This document shows positions 29,776 to 39,470 of a stretch of DNA of 53,891 bases, one piece after another. Every line of letters starts with the position of its first letter. Positions within the stretch are counted from its first letter, which is position 1. A program made the position numbers and the translations under genes. The DNA lies in contig JACPTX010000018.1 of assembly GCA_016192545.1 (NCBI GenBank), positions 1 to 53,891 on the forward strand, read 5' to 3'. Origin of the DNA: Candidatus Omnitrophota bacterium. Lineage in GTDB: Bacteria > Omnitrophota > Gorgyraeia > Aquiviventales > Aquiviventaceae. Under the pieces are notes generated by a model that searched no databases, was not told the DNA's origin, and saw only the letters and a list, made by a program, of their open reading frames with translations.

Positions 29776-30333
29776 ATGATCAGCGCCACTGAGTTCAAGA
29801 ACGGCTTGACCCTCCTCCTGGACGGGGAGCTGTGCGTCATCGTGGAGCACCAGCACGTCAAGCCGGGCAAGGGCGGGGCGTTCATGCGGACGAAGTTCCG
29901 TCGCCTCAAGGACGGTTCGGTCATCGAGCGCACGTTCCGCGTCGGCGAGAAGTTCCAGGAGGCCTTCATCGAAAAGCACGCCCTCCAGTTTCTCTACAAG
30001 TCCGGCGACGCCTACCACTTCATGAACCTCAGCAGCTACGAGGATCTCCAGCTCCAGGAGTCCGCGGTCGGTCCAGGCGCCGGGTTCCTGAAAGAGAACA
30101 TGGAAGCCGAGGGCGAGTTTTTTGAGGGCAAGCTGATCGGGCTGGAGCTGCCGGTCTTCGTGGACCTGCGCATTGACGAGACCGGGCCCGGCATCAAAGG
30201 CGATACCGCCAAGGCGGGCACCAAGCCGGCCAAGCTGGAAACCGGCGTGACCATTCCGGTCCCGCTGTTCGTGGAATCCGGGGAGCTGGTCCGCGTGGAC
30301 ACGCGCAGCGGCAGCTACGTGTCGCGGGCATGA
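29776..30333 (+). CDS. efp: Elongation factor P
   Basis: MISATEFKNGLTLLLDGELCVIVEHQHVKPGKGGAFMRTKFR. Confidence 0.96.
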   Translation: MISATEFKNGLTLLLDGELCVIVEHQHVKPGKGGAFMRTKFRRLKDGSVIERTFRVGEKFQEAFIEKHALQFLYKSGDAYHFMNLSSYEDLQLQESAVGPGAGFLKENMEAEGEFFEGKLIGLELPVFVDLRIDETGPGIKGDTAKAGTKPAKLETGVTIPVPLFVESGELVRVDTRSGSYVSRA

Positions 30334-30827
30334 GCAGCATGGACAAACGACGATCCTCCGAACGGGACGCGTTCCGGCTCATCGAGGAGATGCTGCAGTT
30401 GATGGAGAGCCGCGGCCTCGTCGAGCTCGAATTGGAACACCAGGGGATGCGGCTGCGCCTGAAGAAAGCGGGGCAGTCCGGCCCGCAGCTGGTGGAGTAC
30501 GTCACCGGCATGCCCCAGCCCCCGACAGCCTCGACGGCTTCCCCGACGGCCCCGAAGGCCGTCGGGGCCGCGGAGGAATCCGGCCGGCGGGTCATCATCA
30601 AATCGCCGATGGTCGGCACCTTCTACCGCGCCCCGGCGCCTGACGCGCCGCCGTTCGTCGAGGTGGGGCAGGACGTGGACGCCGGCCAGGTGGTGTGCAT
30701 CATCGAAGCGATGAAGCTGATGAACGAGATCAAGTCGGAGGTCGCCGGCCAGGTCATGGAAGTGCTCATCGAGAACGGGGAAGCCGTGGAGTTCGGCCAG
30801 CCCCTCTTCGCCCTCGAGCCGCGCTAA
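30330..30827 (+). CDS. accB: Biotin carboxyl carrier protein of acetyl-CoA carboxylase
   Basis: IIEAMKLMNEI biotinyl-lysine motif. The Pro/Ala linker contains an expanded PTAVG-type palindrome. Confidence 0.94.
   Translation: MSSMDKRRSSERDAFRLIEEMLQLMESRGLVELELEHQGMRLRLKKAGQSGPQLVEYVTGMPQPPTASTASPTAPKAVGAAEESGRRVIIKSPMVGTFYRAPAPDAPPFVEVGQDVDAGQVVCIIEAMKLMNEIKSEVAGQVMEVLIENGEAVEFGQPLFALEPR
30541..30567. repeat. Expanded PTAVG-family palindrome CCCCGACGGCC-CCGAA-GGCCGTCGGGG in the accB linker
   Basis: 11-bp arms, read as PTAPKAVG. Confidence 0.8.
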
Positions 30828-30829
30828 TC

Positions 30830-30881
30830 GGGGTCAGACCCCGTCAGTTGAGACCATCGTTCTTGAGGGGTCTGACCCCTT
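30830..30881. repeat. Composite GGGGTCAGACCCC...GGGGTCTGACCCC element, inverted copy of 155-204
   Basis: 49 of 50 nt identical to the reverse complement of 155-204. Starts 3 nt after the accB stop. Confidence 0.88.
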
Positions 30882-30890
30882 TTCTGAGTC

Positions 30891-32239
<1,349 letters not shown>

Positions 32240-32243
<4 letters not shown>

Positions 32244-33221
32244 GCGCAGTCAAGAAAATCGGGATGTTGAGCCATCATGGACGGCTGCGAGGTGGTGGGG
32301 ATCAAGAACGGATGGCTGGGGTTCATCGAACGCCAAACCATCCCGCTCGACCTGCGGTCGGTGTCCGGGATTCTCCCCCGGGGCGGCACGATCCTCGGGA
32401 CGTCGCGGACCAACCCATACAAGAATCCGGAGGACCTCAAGAAGCTCCTGGCCGCGCATCAGGCGCTGGGGCTGGAGGCGCTGATTGCGGTCGGCGGCGA
32501 GGATACGCTTGGGGTGGCGGTGAAGCTGATCAAGGAGGGGTTGAAGATCGTCGGGGTGCCGAAGACGATCGACAATGACCTGTCCAACACCGACTACACC
32601 TTCGGGTTCGACACCGCGGTCAACATCGCGATGGAGGCCATCGACCGCATCCACACGACCGCGGAAAGCCACCACCGGATCATGGTCGTGGAGGTGATGG
32701 GCCGCCATGCCGGATGGATCGCCACCTGCGCGGGCATCGCCGGCGGCGCGGACGTGATCCTCATCCCGGAAGAGCCCATCGATATCGAGCAGGTGTCCGC
32801 CGTGATCAAAAAACGGACCGCGCGCGGCAAAGACTTCAGCATCATCGTCGTCGCCGAGGGGGCCCAGTTCAAGGACGGCACGATGGTCGCCAAGGAAGAG
32901 AAGAAGGACGCCTTCGGGCACGTGCGGCTGGGGGGGATCGGACAGGTGCTGGGGAATCTGATTGAAGAGCGCACCGGCTTTGAAACCCGCGTCACCGTGC
33001 TGGGGCACATCCAGCGCGGCGGCAGCCCCACCGCCTTCGACCGGGTCCTCGGGACGCGCTTCGGCGTGAAGGCCGCGGAGCTCGCCATCAAGGGGGAGTT
33101 CGGCAAGATGGTGAGCCTCCAGGGCAACAGGATCGTCGTCGTGCCGCTCGATGAGAAGGCGGTGACGATGAAGACGGTGGATCCGGAGTTCTATGGGATC
33201 GCGAAGCTCTTCTTCGGTTGA
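32240..33221 (+). pseudogene. pfkA: 6-phosphofructokinase (ATP/PPi PFK family) with N-terminal deletion and frameshift
   Basis: Frame A reads [11 protein letters not shown] (PFK N-terminus). Frame B from 32277 reads GCEVVGIKNGWLG...PKTIDNDL...MGRHAGW. The GGDxPG(L/M)NA segment (~20 aa) is absent, and the frame B stop at 32268-32270 separates the two parts. Confidence 0.75.
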
Positions 33222-33228
33222 GAGCCGG

Positions 33229-33789
33229 ATGATTGCGGCGTCTCTGCGCGCCAGCGCCGAGGTGCATGAGGCCCTGGCCAAGAGCCAGCGGGCCGCCATC
33301 GCCAAGGCGGCCGGGCTCATGGCGGCGGCGTTGAACGGCGGCCGCAAGATCATCTGGTTCGGCAACGGCGGCTCGGCCACCCAAAGCCAGCACATGGCGG
33401 CCGAGTTTGTCGGCCGCTTCTGCCGCGACCGCCGGTCGCTGCCGTCCATCTCCCTCACGGAGAATATGGCCAGCGTCACCGCGATCGCCAACGACTATGA
33501 CTACGCCAGCATCTTCGCCCGCCAACTGGAAGGGTTGGGCCGGCGGGGGGACGTGGCGATCGGGCTCTCGACCTCCGGCTCCTCGCCCAACGTGCTGGCG
33601 GGCCTGCGGCGGGCGCGTGAGCTGGGGTTGTCCGTGATCGGGCTCACCGGCGCGAAGGGCCAGGCGATGCGCGAGTTGTGTGACGTGTGCCTCATCGTCC
33701 CGACGATGGAAACCGCCCGGATCCAGGAAGCTCACTTGACCGTCGGCCACATCCTCTGCGCGCTGGTCGAGGAGGCGGTGGGTGTATAG
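33229..33789 (+). CDS. gmhA: Phosphoheptose isomerase (SIS domain)
   Basis: KIIWFGNGGSATQSQHMAAEFVGRF...AIANDY...GLSTSGSSPNV. Confidence 0.88.
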   Translation: MIAASLRASAEVHEALAKSQRAAIAKAAGLMAAALNGGRKIIWFGNGGSATQSQHMAAEFVGRFCRDRRSLPSISLTENMASVTAIANDYDYASIFARQLEGLGRRGDVAIGLSTSGSSPNVLAGLRRARELGLSVIGLTGAKGQAMRELCDVCLIVPTMETARIQEAHLTVGHILCALVEEAVGV

Positions 33790-34282
33790 CTCCAGCCGTC
33801 ACAAAATCCATTCGGCCGCGTCGTTGGCTCCCATCGTCCGCCGTCTGCAGCGGCGTGGCCGGCGGGTGGTGTTCGCCAACGGCTGCTTCGACCTCCTGCA
33901 TGTCGGCCACGTGACGCTGCTGGAGCGCGCCAGGCGGCTGGGTGATGCGCTCATCGTCGCCCTCAACAGCGACCGCTCGGTCCGCCGGCTGAAAGGCCCG
34001 GGCCGGCCGGTGGTGCGCCAGCAGGACCGCGCCCGGCTGCTCGCGGCGCTGGCGTGCGTGGACTACGTGACGATGTTTGATGAGCCGACCCCGCACCGCC
34101 TGCTCGCGCGCCTGCGGCCCGATGTGCTGGTGAAGGGAGCGGACTGGTCCCTGCGCGACGTGGTGGGCCGGGACCTCGTCAAGCGCGTCGTGCGCATCGC
34201 ACTGGTCAACGGCTATTCCACCACCGACCTGCTGGCCCGTCTCGCGTCACGCCGTCAGAAAAGAGGGGTCAGACCCCTCTGA
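33782..34282 (+). CDS. rfaE2: D-beta-D-heptose 1-phosphate adenylyltransferase (RfaE domain II type cytidylyltransferase)
   Basis: VVFANGCFDLLHVGHVTLLERA...ALNSDRSVRRLKG. The stop lies between two GGGGTCWGACCCC copies. Confidence 0.82.
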   Translation: MYSSSRHKIHSAASLAPIVRRLQRRGRRVVFANGCFDLLHVGHVTLLERARRLGDALIVALNSDRSVRRLKGPGRPVVRQQDRARLLAALACVDYVTMFDEPTPHRLLARLRPDVLVKGADWSLRDVVGRDLVKRVVRIALVNGYSTTDLLARLASRRQKRGVRPL

Positions 34283-34299
34283 TGATGGGGTCTGACCCC
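34265..34299. repeat. GGGGTCAGACCCC / GGGGTCTGACCCC pair spanning a gene junction
   Basis: Copies at 34265-34277 and 34287-34299. The upstream TGA (34280-34282) and the downstream ATG (34282 or 34285) lie between them. Confidence 0.85.
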
Positions 34300-34725
34300 G
34301 CTCGCCAGCGTCTCCTGCGGATTGTGGACGCCAACATCAACCGGGCGAGGGAGGGCTTGCGCGTCTGCGAGGACCTGGTCCGGTTCGGGCTGGAGGCGCC
34401 CGCGCAGTTCCGGCGCCTGCGGACGCTCCGCCACGACCTGAACGCCGCGCTCCGGTCCCTTCCGGTCAAGGCCGTCGAGGCCGTGGCCTCGAGGGACAGC
34501 GCGCGGGATCCCGGCCGACGGTCGCCGGGCTCTTCCTCCGTGAGATCGCTTGAGCATCTGCTGCTGATCAACCTGCAGCGCGTCAAGGAAGCGCTCCGGG
34601 TGCTTGAGGAGGCCAGCCGGCTGCTCGCCCCGCGTCAGACCGCGCGATTTCAGGCGCTTCGGTTTCGGACCTACGATGTCGAACGCGATCTCCTGCGCCG
34701 CGTGGCGGCTCTACGTCATCGTTGA
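34282..34725 (+). CDS. ThiE-associated N-terminal helical domain protein (normally fused to ThiE in some lineages)
   Basis: RIVDANINRAREGLRVCEDLVRF... resembles the N-terminal domain of long ThiE proteins. This is recalled from memory, not searched. Confidence 0.5.
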   Translation: MMGSDPARQRLLRIVDANINRAREGLRVCEDLVRFGLEAPAQFRRLRTLRHDLNAALRSLPVKAVEAVASRDSARDPGRRSPGSSSVRSLEHLLLINLQRVKEALRVLEEASRLLAPRQTARFQALRFRTYDVERDLLRRVAALRHR

Positions 34726-35341
34726 CCAGGCCGCCGCGGGCGGCCGTGACCCGGCCTGGATTGCCGCACAGGCGATCCGGGGCGGGGCGGACGTCGTGCA
34801 GCTGCGCGACAAGGCCGGCTCCACCCGGGACGTGGTCGCGCGCGCCCAGGCCGTGCTGCAGGTGGCCCGCGACGCGCGGGTGCCGCTCATCATCAACGAC
34901 CGCGTCGACGTGGCGGCGGCGGTCGGGGCGGACGGCGTGCACCTCGGGCAGGATGACCTGCCGGTGTCCGCGGCGCGGCGGATACTCGGGCCGGACCGAC
35001 TCATCGGCAAATCGACGCACAGCCTGGAACAGGCGCTGGACGCGGATCGCGAAGCCGTCGATTACCTGGCGGTCGGGCCCCTCTATCCCACGCCGACCAA
35101 ACCGGACTACCCGCCCGTGGGCGTGGCGCTGATCCATCAGGTGAAGGGGCGCGTGCGCAGGCCGCTCGTCGTCATCGGCGGGGTGGAGCAGGCCACGCTC
35201 GCCGACGTGCTGCGCGCAGGGGCCTCGTGCGTCGCGGTGGTCCGCGCGGTCTGCGCAGCGGATGACCCTGAGGCCGCCGCGCGCGAGCTCAAGCGCGCCC
35301 TCACACAATTTGTCCCCTCGCCTTCTTGCGCCGGTTTATAA
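34676..35341 (+). CDS. thiE: Thiamine-phosphate synthase
   Basis: LYVIVDQ...VQLRDK...IINDRVDVAAAVGADGVHLGQDD...GPLYPTPTK...IGGV. ATG 34676 overlaps the previous ORF by 50 nt in another frame. Confidence 0.88.
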   Translation: MSNAISCAAWRLYVIVDQAAAGGRDPAWIAAQAIRGGADVVQLRDKAGSTRDVVARAQAVLQVARDARVPLIINDRVDVAAAVGADGVHLGQDDLPVSAARRILGPDRLIGKSTHSLEQALDADREAVDYLAVGPLYPTPTKPDYPPVGVALIHQVKGRVRRPLVVIGGVEQATLADVLRAGASCVAVVRAVCAADDPEAAARELKRALTQFVPSPSCAGL

Positions 35342-35376
35342 TAGGGCGGCGAGACGGTCAACACTGATGAGTCGTT

Positions 35377-35447
35377 GCGGGTGTAGCACAGTGGTAGTGC
35401 GCCAGCTTCCCAAGCTGGTAACACGGGTTCGATTCCCGTCACCCGCT
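35377..35447 (+). tRNA. tRNA-Gly (anticodon CCC)
   Basis: Cloverleaf folded by hand: GCGGGTG/CACCCGC acceptor, GCAC/GTGC D stem, CCAGC-TTCCCAA-GCTGG anticodon arm, ACGGG-TTCGATT-CCCGT T arm. No encoded CCA. Confidence 0.9.
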
Positions 35448-35465
35448 TGTGTCCTTTTCACTCTG

Positions 35466-36053
35466 ATGATGCTGGGGGCCGTGGCAGGCTGCGCGTCTAC
35501 CCCGCCGGTCACGAGCAGCCTCTTCAGCCGGAGCGTCCCGACGATTCCGCAGGCCCAGGGGTCCTATTATGAGGTCCGGCCAGGCGACACGCTCTGGGGG
35601 ATCGCCCATGACTTCGGGTGGGACGCCACACACCTGGCCCGCCTCAACCGCATCACCGATGCGGCGCAGGTCACAGTCGGCCAGCGCCTGTTCATCCCTC
35701 CGCCTCCGACCTCGAAGGGATTCATCTGGCCGGTCCGCGGGACCGTCACACCCGTGTCCGGCTCATCGGTCCGCGGGGTGGAAATCCAGGCTCCGGAAGG
35801 CAGCTTCGTCCGTGCGGCCCGCACCGGCCTGGTGGCCGTTGCGGCCCGCCAACTGCAAGGGTGGGGGCACACCGTGATTCTGGATCACGGGGACGGCTAC
35901 GTCAGCGTCTATGCCGGGATGGAGCACATGCTCGTCAACCCCGGCATGTCGATTCAACAGGGCAACCCGGTGGGGCGGGTGGGCCGCGCGCCCCTGTACT
36001 TTGAAATCCGCCGCGGGACCGCGCCGCAGAACCCGTTCCCGCTCTTGCCATGA
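35466..36053 (+). CDS. LysM-domain M23 peptidase (NlpD-like lipoprotein)
   Basis: AVAGC lipobox. LysM is YYEVRPGDTLWGIAHDFG, M23 is GHTVILDHGDGYVSVYAGM. The upstream part of track ORF 35262 is occupied by tRNA-Gly. Confidence 0.82.
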   Translation: MMLGAVAGCASTPPVTSSLFSRSVPTIPQAQGSYYEVRPGDTLWGIAHDFGWDATHLARLNRITDAAQVTVGQRLFIPPPPTSKGFIWPVRGTVTPVSGSSVRGVEIQAPEGSFVRAARTGLVAVAARQLQGWGHTVILDHGDGYVSVYAGMEHMLVNPGMSIQQGNPVGRVGRAPLYFEIRRGTAPQNPFPLLP

Positions 36054-37651
36054 AACCCCTCCCGGATCTCCATCCCTCCGTGAGCAGCTATCTGCGCCAG
36101 CGTCTCCTGGCGTTTCAGGACGGCTTCCGGCATAACCTCGCGCTCCTCGGGCCGGGGGGCAGCGGCAAGAGCACGCTCATGCAGCAGCTCCTCGGCGACC
36201 CGTCGCTGCGCCTGACCGTCATCGCCTGTCCCTTGCAGCTGGATTCGGTGCCGGGATTCGCGCGGCGTTTCGCGGCCTCGATCCTGCGGGGAGCCCTGCG
36301 GGTGTCGAGGGATCTGCCGCTGGAATCCCTCGTGCAGCGGGCCTCCTCGGTCGCGCCCAAGACCGCCGCGGCGGTCCAGCAGCTGGAGCGGTATGCCGGC
36401 GGACATCTGCAGGCGGAGGCGTTCGCGCACACCCTGGACGTCGTGTCGGTCCTGCACGACGAGCTCAAGCAGCCCTGCGTGCTGGTGCTGGACGAGTTTC
36501 TCCACTTGGAGGACCTGGGGCTCTCCCATGCGTTCCACGAGCTGGGCAAGCGGGTCATGACGTGGCCGTCCGTGCAATTCTGGGTGACCAGCTCCTCGAC
36601 CTGCCGGGCGCGCCAGATTCTCCGCGAGCGCCTGCAGCTGCTCTTCGGGCAATTTGAGCTGCTGTCGCTGGGCCCGGTGGAGATCGCCGCCGCGACGGCG
36701 TGGATGCACCGGGAATGCCCCGGGCTGAAGCAGGCGCCTCTCGCCACGCAGTTTCTGCTGCATTGGATCGGGACCTCGCCGTGGTATCTCAGCGTGGTGT
36801 TGAAACGGATGAGCGAGCTGGCGCGGCTGAAGCGCGGCCCCCGCTTGACTGAAGCGGTGCTCTTCGACGCCGCCTGGGACGTCCTCGGCAGCCCGGATGG
36901 CGTGCTGTATCAGTGGTGCGCGGCGCAGGTGGACCGGTTGGTGCATCGGCGGGACGGGCCGCTGGCCCGCGAAGTCCTGATTGCCGTGGCGCGCGGCGCG
37001 CGCACCGCGCAGGCGGTCGCGCAGCAGTGCGGCACGCGCCGGAGCCTCTCCGAGGTGCTCCAGATGCTCGCCGACCACGACCTCATCCAGCGCCAGGGCG
37101 CCTGCTGGGTGATGCCGGATCAGCTCTTGGCCTGCTGGCTGGCGTCGGTCCTCGGCTCGGCCGACGCTCGGGGGATGCGCGACCGGCAGACCGCCTATGT
37201 GGCGTTTCAACAGGCCCTGCAAGCCGTGTGGATCCAGTGGCTCGAGGCGACGCATCAGCCGCTGTCGGAACGGGTGAGCCGCCTCCTCTTGCAGTTCCGC
37301 AACGAGACGGTGTCGCTCGACCACAAGACGGGACGGCTGCCGTCGTTTGAGACGCTGGCGGCCCAGCGGCCCGGGCGGCGCGGGGAAACCTACCTCGTGG
37401 CGGACGGCGACGAGCGCCGGTGGTGCTGCCTGGTGCACGAGGGCGCGCTCAACGAATCGGACATCGCCGCCTTCGAGGTCTTCTGCCGCGGCCAATCCCC
37501 CCGGCCCTCGCGGAAGATCGTCGTGTCCGACGCGGCCTTGGAGCTCAACGCCAAACTCCTGGCCAAGGAAGCCAATATGTGGGTCTGGGAGCCGGAGGAC
37601 GCGAACCTCCTGTTCCTCCTGTACGGCCAACCGCCGCTGAGCCGATCATGA
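36050..37651 (+). CDS. P-loop ATPase (archaeal-ATPase/DUF234-like architecture)
   Basis: GPGGSGKST Walker A and VLVLDEF Walker B. 533 aa. The C-terminal domain is unassigned. Confidence 0.6.
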   Translation: MKPLPDLHPSVSSYLRQRLLAFQDGFRHNLALLGPGGSGKSTLMQQLLGDPSLRLTVIACPLQLDSVPGFARRFAASILRGALRVSRDLPLESLVQRASSVAPKTAAAVQQLERYAGGHLQAEAFAHTLDVVSVLHDELKQPCVLVLDEFLHLEDLGLSHAFHELGKRVMTWPSVQFWVTSSSTCRARQILRERLQLLFGQFELLSLGPVEIAAATAWMHRECPGLKQAPLATQFLLHWIGTSPWYLSVVLKRMSELARLKRGPRLTEAVLFDAAWDVLGSPDGVLYQWCAAQVDRLVHRRDGPLAREVLIAVARGARTAQAVAQQCGTRRSLSEVLQMLADHDLIQRQGACWVMPDQLLACWLASVLGSADARGMRDRQTAYVAFQQALQAVWIQWLEATHQPLSERVSRLLLQFRNETVSLDHKTGRLPSFETLAAQRPGRRGETYLVADGDERRWCCLVHEGALNESDIAAFEVFCRGQSPRPSRKIVVSDAALELNAKLLAKEANMWVWEPEDANLLFLLYGQPPLSRS

Positions 37652-38148
37652 CGACCGGGATGGAGCGGCTCTGGGCCCCGTGGCGCAGCGAGTACTTCGC
37701 CCGTCTGAATCGTCCCGGCTGCATCTTCTGCCGCGCGCGGACGGGGCGCAGGGACCGGGCCGCGCACGTCCTCTACCGCGGCCGGCGGGTTTTCTGTCTG
37801 TTGAACCGCTATCCCTACAATACGGGGCATCTGATGGTCGCGGTCAACCGGCACGTCGGGGATCTCGCCCGGCTGACCGCGGCCGAGCATGCCGAGCTCA
37901 TGCAGACCGCCGCCCGGATGGTCAGCGTCCTGCGCAGGGCCTTCAAGCCCCAGGGATTCAACGTCGGCGTGAACCTCGGCGCCCCGGCCGGCGCCGGGAT
38001 TCCCGGTCATCTCCACATGCACGTCGTGCCGCGCTGGACCGGGGACACGAACTTCATGCCGGTCCTCGCGCACACCAAAGTCATGTCCCTCTCCCTGGAT
38101 GCCGTCTACGACCGGCTGACGTCGTCGCTGCGAGGGAGGCGCCGATGA
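37648..38148 (+). CDS. HIT-family nucleotide hydrolase/transferase
   Basis: CIFC...LLNRYPYNTGHLMV...GAGIPGHLHMHVVPRW histidine triad. ATGA overlap with the ATPase. Confidence 0.85.
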   Translation: MTTGMERLWAPWRSEYFARLNRPGCIFCRARTGRRDRAAHVLYRGRRVFCLLNRYPYNTGHLMVAVNRHVGDLARLTAAEHAELMQTAARMVSVLRRAFKPQGFNVGVNLGAPAGAGIPGHLHMHVVPRWTGDTNFMPVLAHTKVMSLSLDAVYDRLTSSLRGRRR

Positions 38149-39332
38149 GCGTGGCCCACGAGCCCCCCGTGCTCCTCGCCAGCCGCGAAGAGCTGGAAGC
38201 CCGCGAAGAACAGTGGCTGGCGCCCTCTGCCATGAAAAGCCGCCAGTCGCGCGGCCGCGCCCATGCGGAGCCGGAGCACCCCTTCCGGACCGCGTACCAG
38301 CGCGACCGCGACCGGATCATCCACTCGACGGCGTTTCGCCGTCTCGAATACAAGACCCAGGTGTTCGTCAACCACGAGGGGGACTACTACCGCACGCGGC
38401 TGACGCACACGCTGGAGGTCGCCCAGATCGCCGTGGCGATCGCCCGCGCCCTGCGCCTCAACGAGGATCTAGTGGAGGCCGTCGCGCTCGCCCACGACCT
38501 GGGGCATCCGCCGTTCGGGCACGCCGGGGAAGACGCCCTGCGGGAGCTCATGGAAGGCCGCGGCGGCTTCGAGCATAATCTCCAGGGCCTGCGGATCGTC
38601 GACCTGCTGGAGGAGCGGTATCCGGCGTTTCCGGGCCTCAACCTCACCTGGGAAGTCCGGGAGAGCATCAACAAGCACCGCACGCCCTACGACGAGCCGG
38701 GCCTGCAGATCGCGCTGGATCCCGCCGTCTCGCCGCTCCTGGAAAGCCAGGTGGCGGATGTGGCGGACGAGATCGCCTACGATAATCACGACCTGGATGA
38801 CGGCCTCACCTCCGGGCTCCTCAAGGAAGACGACCTGCGGGACCTCGCGCTCTGGGAAGAGGCGCGGCAGGCCGTGGAGGCGAGCGCCCCGCGCGCGACC
38901 CCGGAGATCCGCAAATACCAAATCATCCGGACGCTCATCAACCGGCAGGTGACCGAGTTGGTCCAGGAATCGGCCCAGCGTCTCAAGCAGCACCATATCG
39001 CCTCCCTCGAGGACGTGCGCGCCTGTGCGGAGCGGCTGATCGCCTTCAGCCCCGCCCTGCAGGAGCTGCGCAACCCGTTGAAGGCGTTTCTGTGGACCCG
39101 GCTGTACCACCATTACCGCGTGGCCCGGATGGCCGACAAGGCCAAGCGGTTCATCACGGAGCTGTTCGGGCTGTACGTCAACAAGCCGCAGCAGCTGCCG
39201 AACACGACCCGGCTGCGCATCGAGCGCGGCGAGGATCCGCACCGGGTCGTGTGCGACTACATCGCGGGGATGACCGATCGCTATTGCCTGGAAGAATACC
39301 GGAAGCTCTTCGATCCGTTTGAGCGGGTGTAG
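38145..39332 (+). CDS. dgt: dGTP triphosphohydrolase-like HD-domain protein
   Basis: FRTAYQRDRDRIIHSTAFRRLEYKTQVF...THTLEV...AHDLGHPPFGH. ATGA overlap with the HIT gene. Confidence 0.88.
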   Translation: MSVAHEPPVLLASREELEAREEQWLAPSAMKSRQSRGRAHAEPEHPFRTAYQRDRDRIIHSTAFRRLEYKTQVFVNHEGDYYRTRLTHTLEVAQIAVAIARALRLNEDLVEAVALAHDLGHPPFGHAGEDALRELMEGRGGFEHNLQGLRIVDLLEERYPAFPGLNLTWEVRESINKHRTPYDEPGLQIALDPAVSPLLESQVADVADEIAYDNHDLDDGLTSGLLKEDDLRDLALWEEARQAVEASAPRATPEIRKYQIIRTLINRQVTELVQESAQRLKQHHIASLEDVRACAERLIAFSPALQELRNPLKAFLWTRLYHHYRVARMADKAKRFITELFGLYVNKPQQLPNTTRLRIERGEDPHRVVCDYIAGMTDRYCLEEYRKLFDPFERV

Positions 39333-39344
39333 CCCGCCTTCGGC

Positions 39345-39470
39345 GGGAGTGATGAGTGACGAGTGATGGGAAAGACTCAAAGCACAAGGGGGTCAGCATG
39401 AGCGGAGCTTGTTGGAGACGTGTTGGGACGCTGCTGTTACTCGTCACTCTTCACTCTTCACTCTTCACTG
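39345..39470. repeat. GAGTGA(n) / TCACTC(n) inverted repeat bracketing the lipoprotein translation start
   Basis: The left arm GGGAGTGATGAGTGACGAGTGATGG (39345-39369) is imperfectly complementary to the right arm TTACTCGTCACTCTTCACTCTTCACTCTTCACTG (39437-39470), with a 12-nt perfect core GAGTGACGAGTA/TACTCGTCACTC-type match. The right arm encodes part of the signal peptide. Confidence 0.75.

Noticed and set aside
34255-34300. Looked for a TPP riboswitch upstream of the thiE region, and for lysine or T-box leaders upstream of lysC and valS
   Set aside because: Intergenic spaces are too short: 0-70 nt, and valS overlaps cimA. I saw none of the conserved cores, such as the CUGAGA of the TPP element.
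35954-37630. 558-aa minus-strand ORF
   Set aside because: It is antisense to the P-loop ATPase (GPGGSGKST, VLVLDEF). It has no motifs of its own and shadow-ORF composition.
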